A stretch of DNA of 64,000 nt from Endomicrobiales bacterium (GCA_963796955.1 CAWCNJ010000005.1:32001-96000), one strand, 5' to 3'; counted from the stretch's first letter, positions 1 through 18,557 are shown. Numbers and translations: made by a program. The notes: generated from the letters alone by a model not told the origin.

Positions 1-382
1 AATTGTGGCGCTTCACCGCGCCGGCAAAACCCTTACCCTTGCTTCTGGAGGTAACGTCCACGAAGTCGCCTTCCTGGAACATATCGGCCTTAAGCTCCTG
101 GCCTACCTGAAAGCTTGCAACGTCGTCAAGGCGGAACTCTTTGAGCACGCGCTTAAGGGTGAGGTTCTTTTTCTTGAACTGTCCAAGCTCAGGCTTCGTA
201 AGGGCTTTTTTCTTAACTTCGCCATAGCCCAGCTGAACCGCGGTGTAGCCATCGCGTTCTTTGGTGCGCACTTCGGTGACAAGGCACGGGCCCGCCGCAA
301 CAACGGTAACAGGCACGATGTTGCCCTTCGCATCGAATATCTGCGTCATCCCAACTTTTGAACCAATGATTGATTTTAGCAT
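1..382 (-). CDS. rplC: 50S ribosomal protein L3 (5' part; runs off the window edge)
   Basis: Manual translation from ATG at 382 gives MLKSIIGSKVGMTQIFDAKGNIVPVTVVAAGPC...DGYTAVQLG, the L3 N-terminus. Follows rpsJ. Confidence 0.95.
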   Translation of the reverse strand, partial: MLKSIIGSKVGMTQIFDAKGNIVPVTVVAAGPCLVTEVRTKERDGYTAVQLGYGEVKKKALTKPELGQFKKKNLTLKRVLKEFRLDDVASFQVGQELKADMFQEGDFVDVTSRSKGKGFAGAVKRHN

Positions 383-401
383 ATTTTTCCCTTATTAGAC
401 A

Positions 402-477
402 GTCATCCCCGAACGCCTCTATCAGGGATCTGCTGTTTGTGCGAAGCAGATTCCCGATAACGGCTTTCGGGAATGAC
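402..477. repeat. Long palindromic (REP/RPE-like) intergenic element
   Basis: Outer arms GTCATCCCCGAA...TTCGGGAATGAC and inner arms ATCAGGGATCTGCT...AGCAGATTCCCGAT, between rpsJ and rplC. Confidence 0.7.
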
Positions 478-505
478 AGTTCTCACGTCGACAAACACGA
501 CCAAT

Positions 506-829
506 TTACATTTTTATTTCAATATCCACACCCGCCGGAAGATCAAGCTTCATAAGTTCTTCGACAGTTTTCTGAGACGGCTCAAGAATATCAATAAGCC
601 TCTTGTGAACTCTCATCTCGAACTGCTCGCGCGATTTTTGTCCGCGTGAACAGAACGGTTGACGTAGTACTTCTTAATAGCAGTCGGAAGAAGCACCGGG
701 CCCGTAATACTGGCGCCTGTGCGCCGGGCCGTTTCTACGATCTTCGCGAGCGAATCGTCAAGCATCTTGTGGTCATAGGCGCGAGCCTGATTCTCAACCT
801 TTGCGTGGTATACTTTTTCTATTGACCAT
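506..829 (-). CDS. rpsJ: 30S ribosomal protein S10 (apparent frameshifts, probably sequencing errors)
   Basis: Fragments read [37 protein letters not shown] and [13 protein letters not shown]. Lies between tuf and rplC. Confidence 0.9.
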
Positions 830-834
830 TGTTT

Positions 835-927
835 TAGCTCTCAGCTCTCAGCTTTCAGCTTCCAGCTTCAGTACTCAACTAAGATTTGTCTCTTTAGCTG
901 ACCGCTGATCGCTGACTGCTGATTGCT
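835..927. repeat. Inverted heptamer tandem arrays (TCAGCTY x ~5 / GCTGAYY x ~4)
   Basis: tcagctc-tcagctt-tcagctt-ccagctt faces gctgacc-gctgatc-gctgact-gctgatt in the tuf-rpsJ gap. Confidence 0.75.
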
Positions 928-935
928 CGTATTTG

Positions 936-2144
936 TTATTCTACAATCTCTGTCACTACTCCCGCACCGACCGTGTGGCCGCCTTCGCGGATCGCGAAGC
1001 GCAGCTGCTTCTCCATCGCTATCGGAGTTATCAGCTCTATGTCCATCAGAACGTTGTCCCCGGGCATCACCATCTCCATCCCGGCCGGAAGCTGTCGCAA
1101 CTCCCGTAACGTCTGTCGTTCTGAAATAGAACTGCGGGCGGTATCCCGTAAAGAACGGTGTGTGCCTTCCGCCTTCTTCTTTGTTCAATATGTAAACCTG
1201 GCCTTTGAATTTCTTGTGCGGCTTTATTGATCCCGGCGCTGCTATAACCTGCCCGCGCTCCACCTGGTTCTTTTCTATTCCGCTCAGCAGCACTCCTACA
1301 TTGTCTCCTGCCTGTGCTTCGTCAAGCAGCTTCCTGAACATCTCTATTCCGGTCGCCACTGATTTCTGCGTGTCCATGTATTCCTACAATCTCTACTGCG
1401 TCGCCAACCTTTAGTTTGCCGCGTCTCCACCCTGCCGGTCGCCACTGTTCCGCGCCCGGTTATCGTGAATACATCTTCCACTGACATAAGGAAAGGTTTG
1501 TCTATTTCTCTAATAGGAATCGGGATGTACTGTCCAATGCATCCATCAGCTTCATTATTGAATCTACTCCGAGCCGGATCTTTCGCCGCTGCATCGCCTT
1601 CATCGCTGAACCCCTTATCACCGGTATCTTGTCGCCGGGGAAACTGGTACTTCGTCAAAGGCTCCCTGACTTCCATCTCCACAAGGTCCAAAAGTTCTTT
1701 GTCTTCTACCGCGTCGCACTTGTTCATAAATACTACTATGTGCGGCACGTTAACCTGTTTGGCGAGCAGTATGTGCTCGCTCGTCTGAGGCATCGGGCCG
1801 TCTATGGCTGATACCACAAGTATCGCTCCGTCCATCTGCGCGGCGCCGGTGATCATGTTCTTTACATAGTCAGCATGGCCGGGGCAGTCTATATGAGCGT
1901 AATGCCTTTTTTCCGTCGAATATTCAACATGGCGACACGGCTATGGTCAGGATCTTTGAATCGTCGCGGCGTCCCTGGGCTCAGAAGCTTTCGCTACTAT
2001 GTCATATGATATGAATGTCGCAAAACCTTTGTCGGCCTGCACTTTCGTGATCGCCGCTGTCAATGTCGTTTTGCCGTGGTCAACGTGGCCTATCGTTCCT
2101 ATGTTCACGTGCGGCTTTGTGCGGTCAAATTTTGTTTTTGCCAT
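936..2144 (-). CDS. tuf: Elongation factor Tu (split over 3 or more frames, probably sequencing errors)
   Basis: [42 protein letters not shown] and [25 protein letters not shown] in successive ORF fragments. Confidence 0.95.
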
Positions 2145-2168
2145 TTTCTTATTCCTCCGTGTTAATTT

Positions 2169-2202
2169 GTACGGTCGCGCAAGTAAATATTTTCGCCCCT
2201 AC
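2169..2202. repeat. Degenerate GTAG-type REP-like palindrome
   Basis: GTACGGTCGCG...TTTTCGCCCCTAC; shares its 3' half with the copy at 4853-4880. Confidence 0.55.
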
Positions 2203-2211
2203 TTATCTTAA

Positions 2212-4322
2212 TTATTTCTTCTGCGTTGCTGATTTTTCAAGTATTTTATCTGCTATCTGTTTGGGCACTTCTTCATAATGCGAAGGTTCCATGGTATAGT
2301 TCCTCGTCCCTGTGTAAGCGAACGCAGTGTGGTCGAGTAGCCGAACATCTCGGAAAGGGGCAACGAAGCCGTGTATATGCTGAAGCTTGTTCCTTATTCC
2401 ATGTTCTCTATTTTTCCGCGGCGCGAGTTAAGATCGCCGATGACATCGCCCATATAATCTTCGGGCACGACAACTTCTATTTTCATAATGGGTTCAAGGA
2501 TAATGGGGTTCGCTCTTTTGGCAGCCGTCTTTTAAGCGCCATGGAAGCGGCGATCTTAAAGGCCATTTCATTGAAGAGTCGACTTCATGGAACGAGCCGT
2601 CTATAAGCGTTGCCTTGAAATCAACCATCGGATATCCCGCAAGCACGCCGGAGGTCAGTGCTTCCGTATACCCTTTTCAACAGCCGGGATATATTCTCTG
2701 GGAACAATGCCGCCACTTAATATTATCTACAAACTCAAAACCTTTGCCCGCCTCAAGAGGTTCGATGTTCATGACACACATGGCCGTACTGGCCTCGGCC
2801 GCCGGTCTGACTGAATATATTTACCTTCTGCCTCAACTTTTTTCTTAATTGTTTCGCGGTAAGCGACCTGCGGCCTGCCGACGTTCGCCTGCACGTTGAA
2901 TTCGCGGCGCATACGGTCAACAATGATATCCAGATGAAGCTCGCCCATGCCGGAGATGATCGTCTGATTTGTTTCTTCGTCGGTACGAATGCGGAACGTA
3001 GGATCTTCTTCAGCAAGACGGCTCATGGCAATGCCCAGCTTTTCTTCGTCAGCTTTGGATTTCGGCTCGATAGCTACTGAAATAACGGGTTCAGGGAAGA
3101 CCATGGATTCAAGCATGATCAGGATGATCCTCATCACAGAGCGTATCACCGGTCGTTGTGTTGCGCAGGCCTACCGCGGCGGCTATATCGCCTGCACGCA
3201 ACTATCTTAACTTCTTCGCGGTTGTTCGCATGCATGCGAAGTATGCTGGCAGATTCTCTCTTTGTAACCCTTTGTGGCGTTATATACATATGATCCGCTT
3301 TCAAGAGTTCCCGAATAAACTCGGAAGAATGTAAGTTTTCCCACGAACGGGTCGGTCTGGATCTTAAAGGCAAGAGAAGCAAAAGGAGCGTCGTCGCTGA
3401 CATCTCTTAACTATTACCTCATCGCCGGTATCGGGGTTAACGCCGGAGAGCGATTATCTTCTCGAGAGGAGAGGGCAGGTAATCACAGACAGCGTCAAGC
3501 AGGGGCTGTACGCCTTTGTTCTTGAAAGCGGTACCGCACAGGCAGGGAACCATCTTTATCGCGAGCGTTCCTTTGCGGATCGCACGTTTAAGCTGCGCCA
3601 CTGTGGAAGGCTTGCCTTCCATATAATTGCTCATAACTTCATCGTCAAAGTCCGCGACCTGCTCAACCATCTTGTCGTGATATTCTTTGGCTTTTTCTTT
3701 GTAGGCTTCGGGTATTTCTATCGTGCTGAATTTCGCGCCGAGCTCTTCACCGTGCCAGATATGGGCGTTCATCTGTACCAGGTCAATAACACCTTCGAAC
3801 TTATCTTCGGCGCCGATCGGCAGCTGAATGGCTACCGGGTTCGCCGCAAGCTGGTCTTTTACCTGGCCGAGCAGCATATAAAAATCCGCGCCTACTTTGT
3901 CCATCTTATTGCCGAACACAAGGCGGGGCACGCCGTAACGGTCGGCCTGGCGCCAAACGGTTTCAGACTGGGGCTCTACGCCGTTTCCGGAGTCAAAGCA
4001 GACACCGCACCGTCAAGCACTCGAGGGAGCGCTCAACTTCGACGGTAAAGTCTACGTGGCCCGGGGTGTCGATTATGTTGAACTGGCAGTCCTGCCATTT
4101 GCAATAGGTTGCAGCTGAAGTGATGGTGATACCGCGTTCGCGCTCCTGCTCCATCCAGTCCATGGTCGTTGAGCCTTCATGGACTTCGCCGATCTTATGG
4201 ATGCGGCCGGTATAATAGAGAATTCTCTCGGTCGTGGTCGTTTTACCCGCGTCAATGTGGGCAACGATACCGATGTTCCTGATCTTTTCTATTGGATATT
4301 CGCGTTTAGTTACTTCAGCCAT
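2212..4322 (-). CDS. fusA: Elongation factor G (multiple apparent frameshifts)
   Basis: [34 protein letters not shown] and [19 protein letters not shown] in consecutive fragments. Follows rpsG. Confidence 0.95.
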
Positions 4323-4355
4323 AATCTATTCCTTATTTAATTAAAAATTTAATTT

Positions 4356-4835
4356 TTACCACTTATAATGAGCGAATGCCTTGTTAGCTTCGGCCATTTT
4401 GTGGGTGTCTTCGCGTTTCTTCATGGCGTTGCCTTCCTTGCGGCTGGCTTCCATGAATTCTGTCGCAAGGCGTGTTGCCATCGGGGCGCCTTTGCGAGCG
4501 CGCGCGTATGCAAGTATCCAGCGGATGCAAAGCGCTATAGAACGATCCTCAGGAACTTCCATCGGCACCTGATAGGTTGCTCCGCCGACGCGGCGGGCGC
4601 GCACTTCAAGGAGAGGGCGAACGTTCTCTACGGCCCGGGTGAATACACCGATCGGGTCTTCCTTCATTTTTTCTTCGATGTTCGCGAGCGCTCCGTACAT
4701 TATGCGCTCGGCGGTGGTCTTCTTACCGGTCGCATTAAGCTTGTTAATGAACTTCGCGAGCAGGGATGAGCCGTACTTTGCGTCAGGTGTCGTAACTTTT
4801 TTTCTTGTCTTATTTTTGATCACTTTGCGCGACAT
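4356..4835 (-). CDS. rpsG: 30S ribosomal protein S7
   Basis: [11 protein letters not shown] and [13 protein letters not shown] motifs. Confidence 0.98.
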   Translation of the reverse strand: MSRKVIKNKTRKKVTTPDAKYGSSLLAKFINKLNATGKKTTAERIMYGALANIEEKMKEDPIGVFTRAVENVRPLLEVRARRVGGATYQVPMEVPEDRSIALCIRWILAYARARKGAPMATRLATEFMEASRKEGNAMKKREDTHKMAEANKAFAHYKW

Positions 4836-4852
4836 GTTTATTCCTCTTTATT

Positions 4853-4880
4853 GTACGGGCGAAAGATTTTTCGCCCCTAC
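4853..4880. repeat. GTAG-type REP-like palindrome
   Basis: Reverse complement GTAGGGGCGAAAAATCTTTCGCCCGTAC forms a hairpin; lies between rpsL and rpsG. Confidence 0.7.
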
Positions 4881-4884
4881 CTTA

Positions 4885-5277
4885 TTATTTCTTGGCAGCT
4901 GCGTCTTTCTTGGGGCGTTTCATTCCGTATTTCGAGCGGCCCTGGCGGCGGGTGTCAACACCGGTCGCGTCGAGTGTGCCGCGGATAATGTGATAGCGTA
5001 CACCGGGCAAGTCTTTAATACGGCCGCCGCGGATCATGACGATCGAATGCTCCTGCAGGTTGTGGCCGATACCGGGGATGTAAGCCGTAACTTCGTAGCC
5101 GGACGTAAGCTTGACGCGGGCTACTTTGCGAAGCGCCGAGTTGGGCTTTTTAGGCGTCGTGGTGTAAACTCTGGTGCAGACGCCCCTGCGCTGCGGGCAC
5201 TCTTTCAGCGCCGGCGATTTTGTTTTGTTGATCAGTGTACGCCTTCCGTGTTCAATCAGCTGGTTTGTTGTTGGCAT
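4885..5277 (-). CDS. rpsL: 30S ribosomal protein S12
   Basis: [13 protein letters not shown] and [13 protein letters not shown] motifs. Confidence 0.98.
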   Translation of the reverse strand: MPTTNQLIEHGRRTLINKTKSPALKECPQRRGVCTRVYTTTPKKPNSALRKVARVKLTSGYEVTAYIPGIGHNLQEHSIVMIRGGRIKDLPGVRYHIIRGTLDATGVDTRRQGRSKYGMKRPKKDAAAKK

Positions 5278-5289
5278 TTGTTCTCTCTT

Positions 5290-8200
5290 TTATTTTACTT
5301 CGGCGCTGTTGGCGCCGGCTCCGGCGACCGGGGCTTTAAGGCCCGTGCCGGCCGGGATAAGATGACCTATAGAAACGTTTTCTTTCAGGCCGCGCAGGAA
5401 ATCGGACTGTCCTGAGACCGCCGCTTCGGTAAGCACCCGGGTCGTCTCCTGGAAGGAGGCTGCCGAGATGAACGAATCCGAAGACAGTGAAGCCTTGGTG
5501 ATACCGAGCAGGATCGGCTGCGCTACCGGCTGCGTGCCGTCTTTCTTTGTGACCGCTTTCTTTTCTTTTTCGAAACGGTATTTGGAAACGATCTCACCGT
5601 TAAGGAAGGCGCTGTCGCCGGACTCACTGATGCGGACGTTGTAGAGCATCTGGCGTACTATGATCTCGATATGTTTGTCGTTAATGGTAACACCCTGAAG
5701 GCGGTACACCTGCTGGATCTCATTGACCAGGTGTTCCTGCACTTCCTTGGGTCCCTTAACTTTAAGTATGTCATGCGGGTTTACGGCGCCGTCTGAAAGA
5801 GGCTCGCCGACACCGACGCGGTCACCTTCGTAGACCACCAGATGGCGGCCCGTCGGGATAACGTATTCGCGCATAAGCTTTGTCTCTTCGTTGGTAACGA
5901 CGACTTTGAAGTTGCCTTTCGCCGTCGGCTCGCCCAGGTGTACCACGCCGTCGATTTCTGAAACGACAGCAGAGTTCTTGGGACGGCGGCCTTCGAAGAG
6001 TTCGGCAACACGCGGCAAACCGCCGGTGATGTCTTTAGACTTCGCTATTTCCTGAGGTATCTTGGCAAGCACGTCGCCGGCCTGTATGTTGAGCGCCGTC
6101 TTCGGCGACAAGGTTCGTCTCGACAGGAAGCGGATATTCCACCAGCACCTTGCCGGCCTTTTTGATAACTATGCGCGGGCGCAGGCGTTCAGTAGGATGC
6201 TCTATGATCACGCGCTCGATCTGGCCGGTGATCTTTGATTTTTCTTTGTGCAGGGAAACGCCTTCTTTGACGTCTTTCAGTTCCACGGTACCTTCGAGTT
6301 CAGAAATAATGGGTTTCGAATGCGGATCCCACTCGGCAAGCAGCTCGCCTTTCTCAACTTTCTTGTTGTTGGCAACTTTAAGACGCGCGCCGTAGGGCAA
6401 CTGATACACTTCGCGTTTGCGGTTAGGTGTATCGGATAATACCAGCTCTGAGGCGCGGCTGACGACTATATTCTGTCCTTCACGGTTCTTAATTGTTTTG
6501 ACGTTGTGCAGGCCGATAACACCTTCCTGGCCGGAATGCACTTCGGACCTTGTAAGAACGCGGCTGGCCGTACCACCGATGTGGAACGTTCTAAGGGTCA
6601 GCTGCGTGCCGGGTTCGCCGATGGACTGGGCGGCGATAATACCTACCGCTTCGCCGACTTCGGCAACGCGGCCGGTGCCCGGGTGTATGCCATAGCACTT
6701 CGCGCATACGCCGCGCTCCGCTTCACAGGTAAGCACGCTGCGGATACCGATACGTTCTATGCCGGCTGCAGCGACTTTCTTCGACATTTCAGGAGTAATA
6801 ACCTCACCGCGCTTAACGATGAGCTCTTCCTGCATGTCGCCTTCTTTGGTTGTCAGGATGCCCATTATGTTATCAAGGGCAACGCGGCCTACTATACGCT
6901 CTTCCATCTTTTCGATAACTTCGTCGCCGCTGTGCAGTGTGCCGACGCGGACGCCGTTGATGGTTTTGCAATCCTCAATGTTAACGACCACGTCATGCGC
7001 GACGTCGATGAGACGGCGGGTAAGATATCCGGCGTCGGCCGTTTTAAGAGCGGTGTCGGCAAGACCTTTGCGTCCGCCGTGCGTGGATATGAAATATTCC
7101 ATAACGGTAAGGCCTTCGCGGAAGTTTGAAATAACGGGAGATTCGATAATTTCACCGATACCGCCGGTTAGTTTCTTCTGCGGCTTGGCCATAAGACCGC
7201 GCATACCCGCAAGCTGGCGAACCTGCTGGCGGGAACCGCGAGCGCCTGAATCTGCCATCATGAATATGTTATTGAATCTATTGATGCCTTTCTTATAAGG
7301 AAGCACTTCGTCTTTCTTCATTTCGTCGAACATGATGTCGGCGACTTTATCGGTCACGTGCGTCCAGATGTCTATGACCTTATTATAACGTTCGCTTTCG
7401 GTGATCAAGCCCATGCGAGACTGCTTCTGGATCTCCTTAACAAGGACCTGAGCATCTTTGACCATCTTTTCCTTCGCAGGAGGGATACGCATTTCGCTGA
7501 TGGAAATGGAAACCCCGGCCTTTGTGGCATATTTATAGCCCAGTGTCTTGATCTCATCAAGCAGGATCACGGTGCGGTAATGGCCGAGTTCTTTATAGCA
7601 ACGCTCAACCATTTCGGCCAATTCACGTTTAGTGAACATTTTATTATAATAGCCCAATTCAACGGGAAGATGTGAATTGAATATAATACGTCCGACAGTG
7701 GTATGATTCTTCCAGTTCTTAACATCGCGCTGATCCGCATCCTTAACGCCTTCTTCACGGATCTTGGTAATACCTTCACATTTCACACGCGCGTGAAGAT
7801 CTACACTGCCGGTTTGATAAGCGGTCATGACCTCTTCCGGGCTTGAGAAGATGGTGCCTTCTCCGGGAACCCCGGACTTTTCTTTTGTCAGGTAGCAGAT
7901 ACCAAGCACCATGTCCTGGCTGGGCACCGCTATAGGCTTACCGGAGGCAGGGGAAAGGATATTGTTGACGGAAAGCATCAGCAATCTCGCTTCCAGCTGG
8001 GCTTCGGCGGATATAGGAACGTGCACGGCCATCTGGTCACCGTCAAAGTCAGCATTGAAGGCGGAACAGGTAAGCGGGTGAAGGCGGATGGATTTGCCTT
8101 CAACCAGCACCGGTTCGAACGCCTGAATACCGAGGCGATGCAGGGTCGGCGCGCGGTTAAGCATGATCGGGTGATGTTTGGTCACGCGTTCAAGTATGTT

Positions 8201-9460
8201 CCATACGCCGGCGGCGCCGCGTTCAAGCATCTTGCGGGCGGCTTTAAGAGTAACTTTTTCTTCTTTTATAAGCTCGCGGATAATGAACGGTTTGAAGAGT
8301 TCCAGCGCCATTTCTTTCGGCAGTCCGCACTGGTGCAGCTTCAGTGTCGGGCCGACAACGATAACGGAACGACCGGAATAGTCTACGCGTTTACCAAGCA
8401 GGTTCTGGCGGAAACGGCCCTGTTTACCTTTCAACGTATCGGAAAGGGATTTCAGAGGACGGTTGCCTGCCCCGGTTACCGGCCTGGAACGGGACTCATT
8501 GTCTATAAGGGCGTCAACAGCTTCCTGCAGCAGGCGTTTTTCGTTATTTATCATAACGATAGGCGCTTTAAGCTGCTCTATGTGGCGCAGTCTGTTGTTC
8601 CGGTTTATAATGCGGCGATAAAGGTCGTTAAGGTCTGAGGTCGCGAACCGTCCGCCTTCAAGGGCGACGAGCGGACGAAGATCGGGCGGGATCACGGGAA
8701 GAACGTTCAGCACCATCCATTCCGGACGTGTCTCGGAATTAAGGAAACCTTCCACAACGCGCAATTTGCGGATCAGGCGGGCGCGTTCGGCGTCGGACTT
8801 GGTTTTCTTTATTTCTTCACGGATCTCTTTGGCCTCAGCAGCGAGGTCAAAATTGCCGAGCAGTTTACGGATAGCGCCGGCTCCGATGTCCACTTTCAAT
8901 TTGTCTTTATATTCCTGACGGAATTTGTGATACTCTTCTTCCGTGATAAGCTGTGTTTCTTTCAGCACCATTTTGCCGGAAGCATCTTTAAGGTCTTCCA
9001 TGACAAGATAGCGGGTGTAATAGATAACGCGTTCAAGATCGGTCAGCTTCATATTAAGAAGGATGCCGATGCGTGAGGGCGGCTTACGCAGGAACCACAA
9101 ATGGGCGACAGGGACCGCAAGTTCAATATGACCGAAACGTTCACGGCGCACTTTGGATTCGGTAACCTCAACGCCACAGCGGTCGCAGACCTGGCCTTTA
9201 TGTTTTACATATTTGTATTTGCCGCAATGACATTCCCAGTCCTTGGTAGGCCCGAATATGCGATCACAGAAAAGGCCGTCCCGCTCAGGTTTGAACGTAC
9301 GGTAGTTTATGGTTTCCGGCTTTTTCACTTCACCATAAGACCATGAGCGGATCTGATCGGGGCTTGCAATAGTAAGCCTTACCGAATCAAAACCGGTGAA
9401 GTTAAGCGTTGGTGCGCATTTCTTCTTGCTGCCTGGTACCGCGAATGTTAGTTTTGCCAT
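5290..9460 (-). CDS. rpoC: RNA polymerase beta' subunit (one apparent frameshift near 6100)
   Basis: N-terminal zinc finger and [12 protein letters not shown] in the 1141-aa part; DITGGLPRV and SAASFQETT in the 273-aa part. Confidence 0.97.
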
Positions 9461-9490
9461 ATTTTTCCCTGTAACTGATTTATATATACT

Positions 9491-13300
<3,810 letters not shown>

Positions 13301-13351
13301 AGTTTTTTTAAATAATAGAAATATACATCATAGTATGAACAATAGATAGAG

Positions 13352-13380
13352 ATTCTACTTGTTTTAATACTGCTTGTCAA
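13352..13380 (-). promoter_or_regulatory. sigma70-type promoter for rpoBC
   Basis: TTGACA-17 nt-TAGAAT on the minus strand, about 50 nt upstream of the rpoB start. Confidence 0.75.
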
Positions 13381-13418
13381 GCAAAATCAGTGTATTTTTA
13401 ATGGCGAATGCAAGTTCA

Positions 13419-13485
13419 GAAAATTGAAAATTAGAAAATTAAGGTGTTGTTGTTGCCTTAATCTTCTAAATTTTCAATTTTTCTT
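13419..13485. repeat. AT-rich inverted short-repeat array; possible terminator after rplL
   Basis: GAAAATT-GAAAATT-AGAAAATTAAGG pairs with CCTTAATCTTCTAAATTTTCAATTTTTC. Confidence 0.55.
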
Positions 13486-13495
13486 AATTGTTAGT

Positions 13496-13882
13496 TTACT
13501 TAAGTTCAGCGGTCGCTCCTGCTTCCACAAGCTTTTTCTTCATATCGTTCGCGGCATCTTTGGCAACGTTCTCTTTTACGGTTTTCGGTGCGCCATCGAC
13601 GAGGTCTTTGGCTTCTTTCAGGCCAAGGCCGGTCAACTCGCGGACCACTTTAATTACATTTATCTTGTTGGCTCCGGAAGAAAGAAGCACAACGTTGAAT
13701 TCGGTCTTTTCCTCGGCGGCAGGACCGGCGGCAGCGGCAACGGCGGCGCCAGCGGCGGCGACGGGGGCGGCGGCTGATACACCGAACTTCTCTTCGAGGG
13801 CTTTTACCAGCTCGGAAAGCTCGATAACCGTCAAGGTGGAAATTGCTTCGATGATCTGGTCTTTGTTGAGTTTGTCTGACAT
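13496..13882 (-). CDS. rplL: 50S ribosomal protein L7/L12
   Basis: EEKTEFNV and [18 protein letters not shown] motifs. Confidence 0.98.
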   Translation of the reverse strand: MSDKLNKDQIIEAISTLTVIELSELVKALEEKFGVSAAAPVAAAGAAVAAAAGPAAEEKTEFNVVLLSSGANKINVIKVVRELTGLGLKEAKDLVDGAPKTVKENVAKDAANDMKKKLVEAGATAELK

Positions 13883-13924
13883 TGTGCTATCCTCCGTTTT
13901 TAAAATGCTGTATTTATACCCGGC

Positions 13925-14455
13925 TTAGGCGGCGGGCTGCGCTTCTTTCTGTTTCTTTACCGCGTCAAGAACATACACTACACTGCGGATATTGGCCTGC
14001 AACACATTGACAAGGCCGTACAGCGGGGCCTGCATGCTGCCAAGCATCTTGCCGATGAGAACGTTCTTCGGCGGGATGGTGGACAGCTGCTTGACTTCGG
14101 CGGCGCTCAGGATCTTTCCATCCATAAAGCCGGCCATAAGTTTAAGCTTCGCATGGTCCTTCGTGTAATCCACAAGCACTTTCGTCGCACCTACAGGATC
14201 GCCCCTGTGAATAGCGATAGCCGTGGGACCGGTGAATTTCTTTGAAAATTCTTCCATTCCTAATTTCTTGAGCGCGATTGAGGCAAGCGTGTTCTTAACT
14301 ACTGTGTACTCGCAGTTAAGAGTGCGCAGCTTCGTTCTAAGCTCGGAAATTTCTGCAACGGTCATGCCCTGGTACTCGGTCAATATGACACCATTTGTGT
14401 CTTTTAACTTTTCGCTGAGAGCTTCAACCATCTGCTGCTTTTTCTGGGTTGGCAT
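13925..14455 (-). CDS. rplJ: 50S ribosomal protein L10
   Basis: YQGMTVAEISELR and VVKNTL motifs; directly upstream of rplL. Confidence 0.97.
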   Translation of the reverse strand: MPTQKKQQMVEALSEKLKDTNGVILTEYQGMTVAEISELRTKLRTLNCEYTVVKNTLASIALKKLGMEEFSKKFTGPTAIAIHRGDPVGATKVLVDYTKDHAKLKLMAGFMDGKILSAAEVKQLSTIPPKNVLIGKMLGSMQAPLYGLVNVLQANIRSVVYVLDAVKKQKEAQPAA

Positions 14456-14477
14456 TCGTCATTCACCTCGTTTTTGT

Positions 14478-14580
14478 AAAAAAATACTTCTCTCATAAGA
14501 CACGAGAGAAGTAACTTAACAAATTTTTCTCTGTCTCGGTAAGATTTATCCGCAAAGGCGGCACTTACTGTCTTAGACTA
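14478..14580 (-). promoter_or_regulatory. Ribosomal protein L10 leader with terminator hairpin
   Basis: Minus strand reads AAGACAGTAAG...TAAATCTTACCGAG (L10-leader-like), then the hairpin TACTTCTCTC/GAGAGAAGTA plus a U-run just before rplJ. Confidence 0.8.
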
Positions 14581-14587
14581 TTTAAAT

Positions 14588-15373
14588 TTAAAATTCTATG
14601 TTCCAGCCTACTGTAAAGGCCGTCTGTCCGATAAAAGATGCTTCAACTATCAGACCGTCTTTACCGGCCATCGCTACTTTGCAGCCTGCGAAGAGCGAAA
14701 CAAGGTCTTTTATGCCGCTGACAGAACCTGCGGTGTCAGTGTTGTAAAGCCAAAGGCCTTCTTTTGCTATCCTTAGTCCACTATACGGCTCAAAATGCTG
14801 GTACTTTTTGCTTGCGGTCAGGGAAGCCTGCACTTCCGTCTGCACGATCCTGTCGGAAACGACCGATGAAGAACCGGATTGTTGAAGCCTGTGCAGGCCG
14901 CATTCCAGATATTCGCCGCCCAAGTCAACCGCTATCGCGGGTGTCACGATGGTTCCCGGCATTAACAGCTTGCGAAAACCGAAACCTACGACATATCCAT
15001 TCCCGTCAGACAACAGAGTGTTCGTTATCGTCGAAGATGGATATGACAGCTCGTAATTCGCGCTGCCTATTTTGAACCAATAGTCGATCTCAGGCGTCGG
15101 CTGAAAAGCCCAGCGCACCGCCACACGATCGCTTTTTACATCGGTTGAAAGATCATTGGTAACAGCACTATGGTACTGAGCGTTACCAACCGCTATCGTG
15201 TCATTACTGTTCACCAGGAGCGATAACGTCTCGCTTGTGTGCGTGTAATAGACAGAAACCGCGCCATAGCTGGAACCCAGCTGTCGCGCGGTGAATGCTG
15301 TCTCGCCCGCGAAAACCGCGGAACTAGAGAGCATTAGTGCCATGAATAAAAGCACCAACGGTTTCTGTTTCAT
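14588..15373 (-). CDS. Putative outer-membrane beta-barrel protein
   Basis: Signal peptide (ends AVFA), alternating beta-strand pattern, and a C-terminal aromatic signature (VGWNIEF). Confidence 0.7.
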   Translation of the reverse strand: MKQKPLVLLFMALMLSSSAVFAGETAFTARQLGSSYGAVSVYYTHTSETLSLLVNSNDTIAVGNAQYHSAVTNDLSTDVKSDRVAVRWAFQPTPEIDYWFKIGSANYELSYPSSTITNTLLSDGNGYVVGFGFRKLLMPGTIVTPAIAVDLGGEYLECGLHRLQQSGSSSVVSDRIVQTEVQASLTASKKYQHFEPYSGLRIAKEGLWLYNTDTAGSVSGIKDLVSLFAGCKVAMAGKDGLIVEASFIGQTAFTVGWNIEF

Positions 15374-15384
15374 TAAAAATCTAA

Positions 15385-15502
15385 TCCCGGCAACGACCTA
15401 CTCTCACATGACCCTGCGGTCACACTACCATCGGCCCTGGTGGTCTTAACTTCCGAGTTCGGAATGGGATCGGGTGTTTCCCCACCGGAAAAGTCACCGG
15501 GA
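15385..15502 (-). rRNA. rrf: 5S rRNA
   Basis: Contains CCCGATCCCATTCCGAACTCGG and GAGAGTAGGTCGTTGCCGGGA on the minus strand. Confidence 0.95.
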
Positions 15503-15558
15503 AAACTAAATAATCGTTATATTGGTAATCAAACTAAGCATTAAAAGATCGAAAAATA

Positions 15559-18557
<2,999 letters not shown>

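Noticed and set aside
835..927. CRISPR array
   Set aside because: The units are 7 bp with no unique spacers, and no cas genes or repeat-spacer arrays were seen anywhere in the window.
5290..9460. rpoC split into two genes, as in cyanobacteria
   Set aside because: The break near 6100 is a frame change with overlapping ORFs, not at the rpoC1/rpoC2 split position, and lies in an error-prone region.
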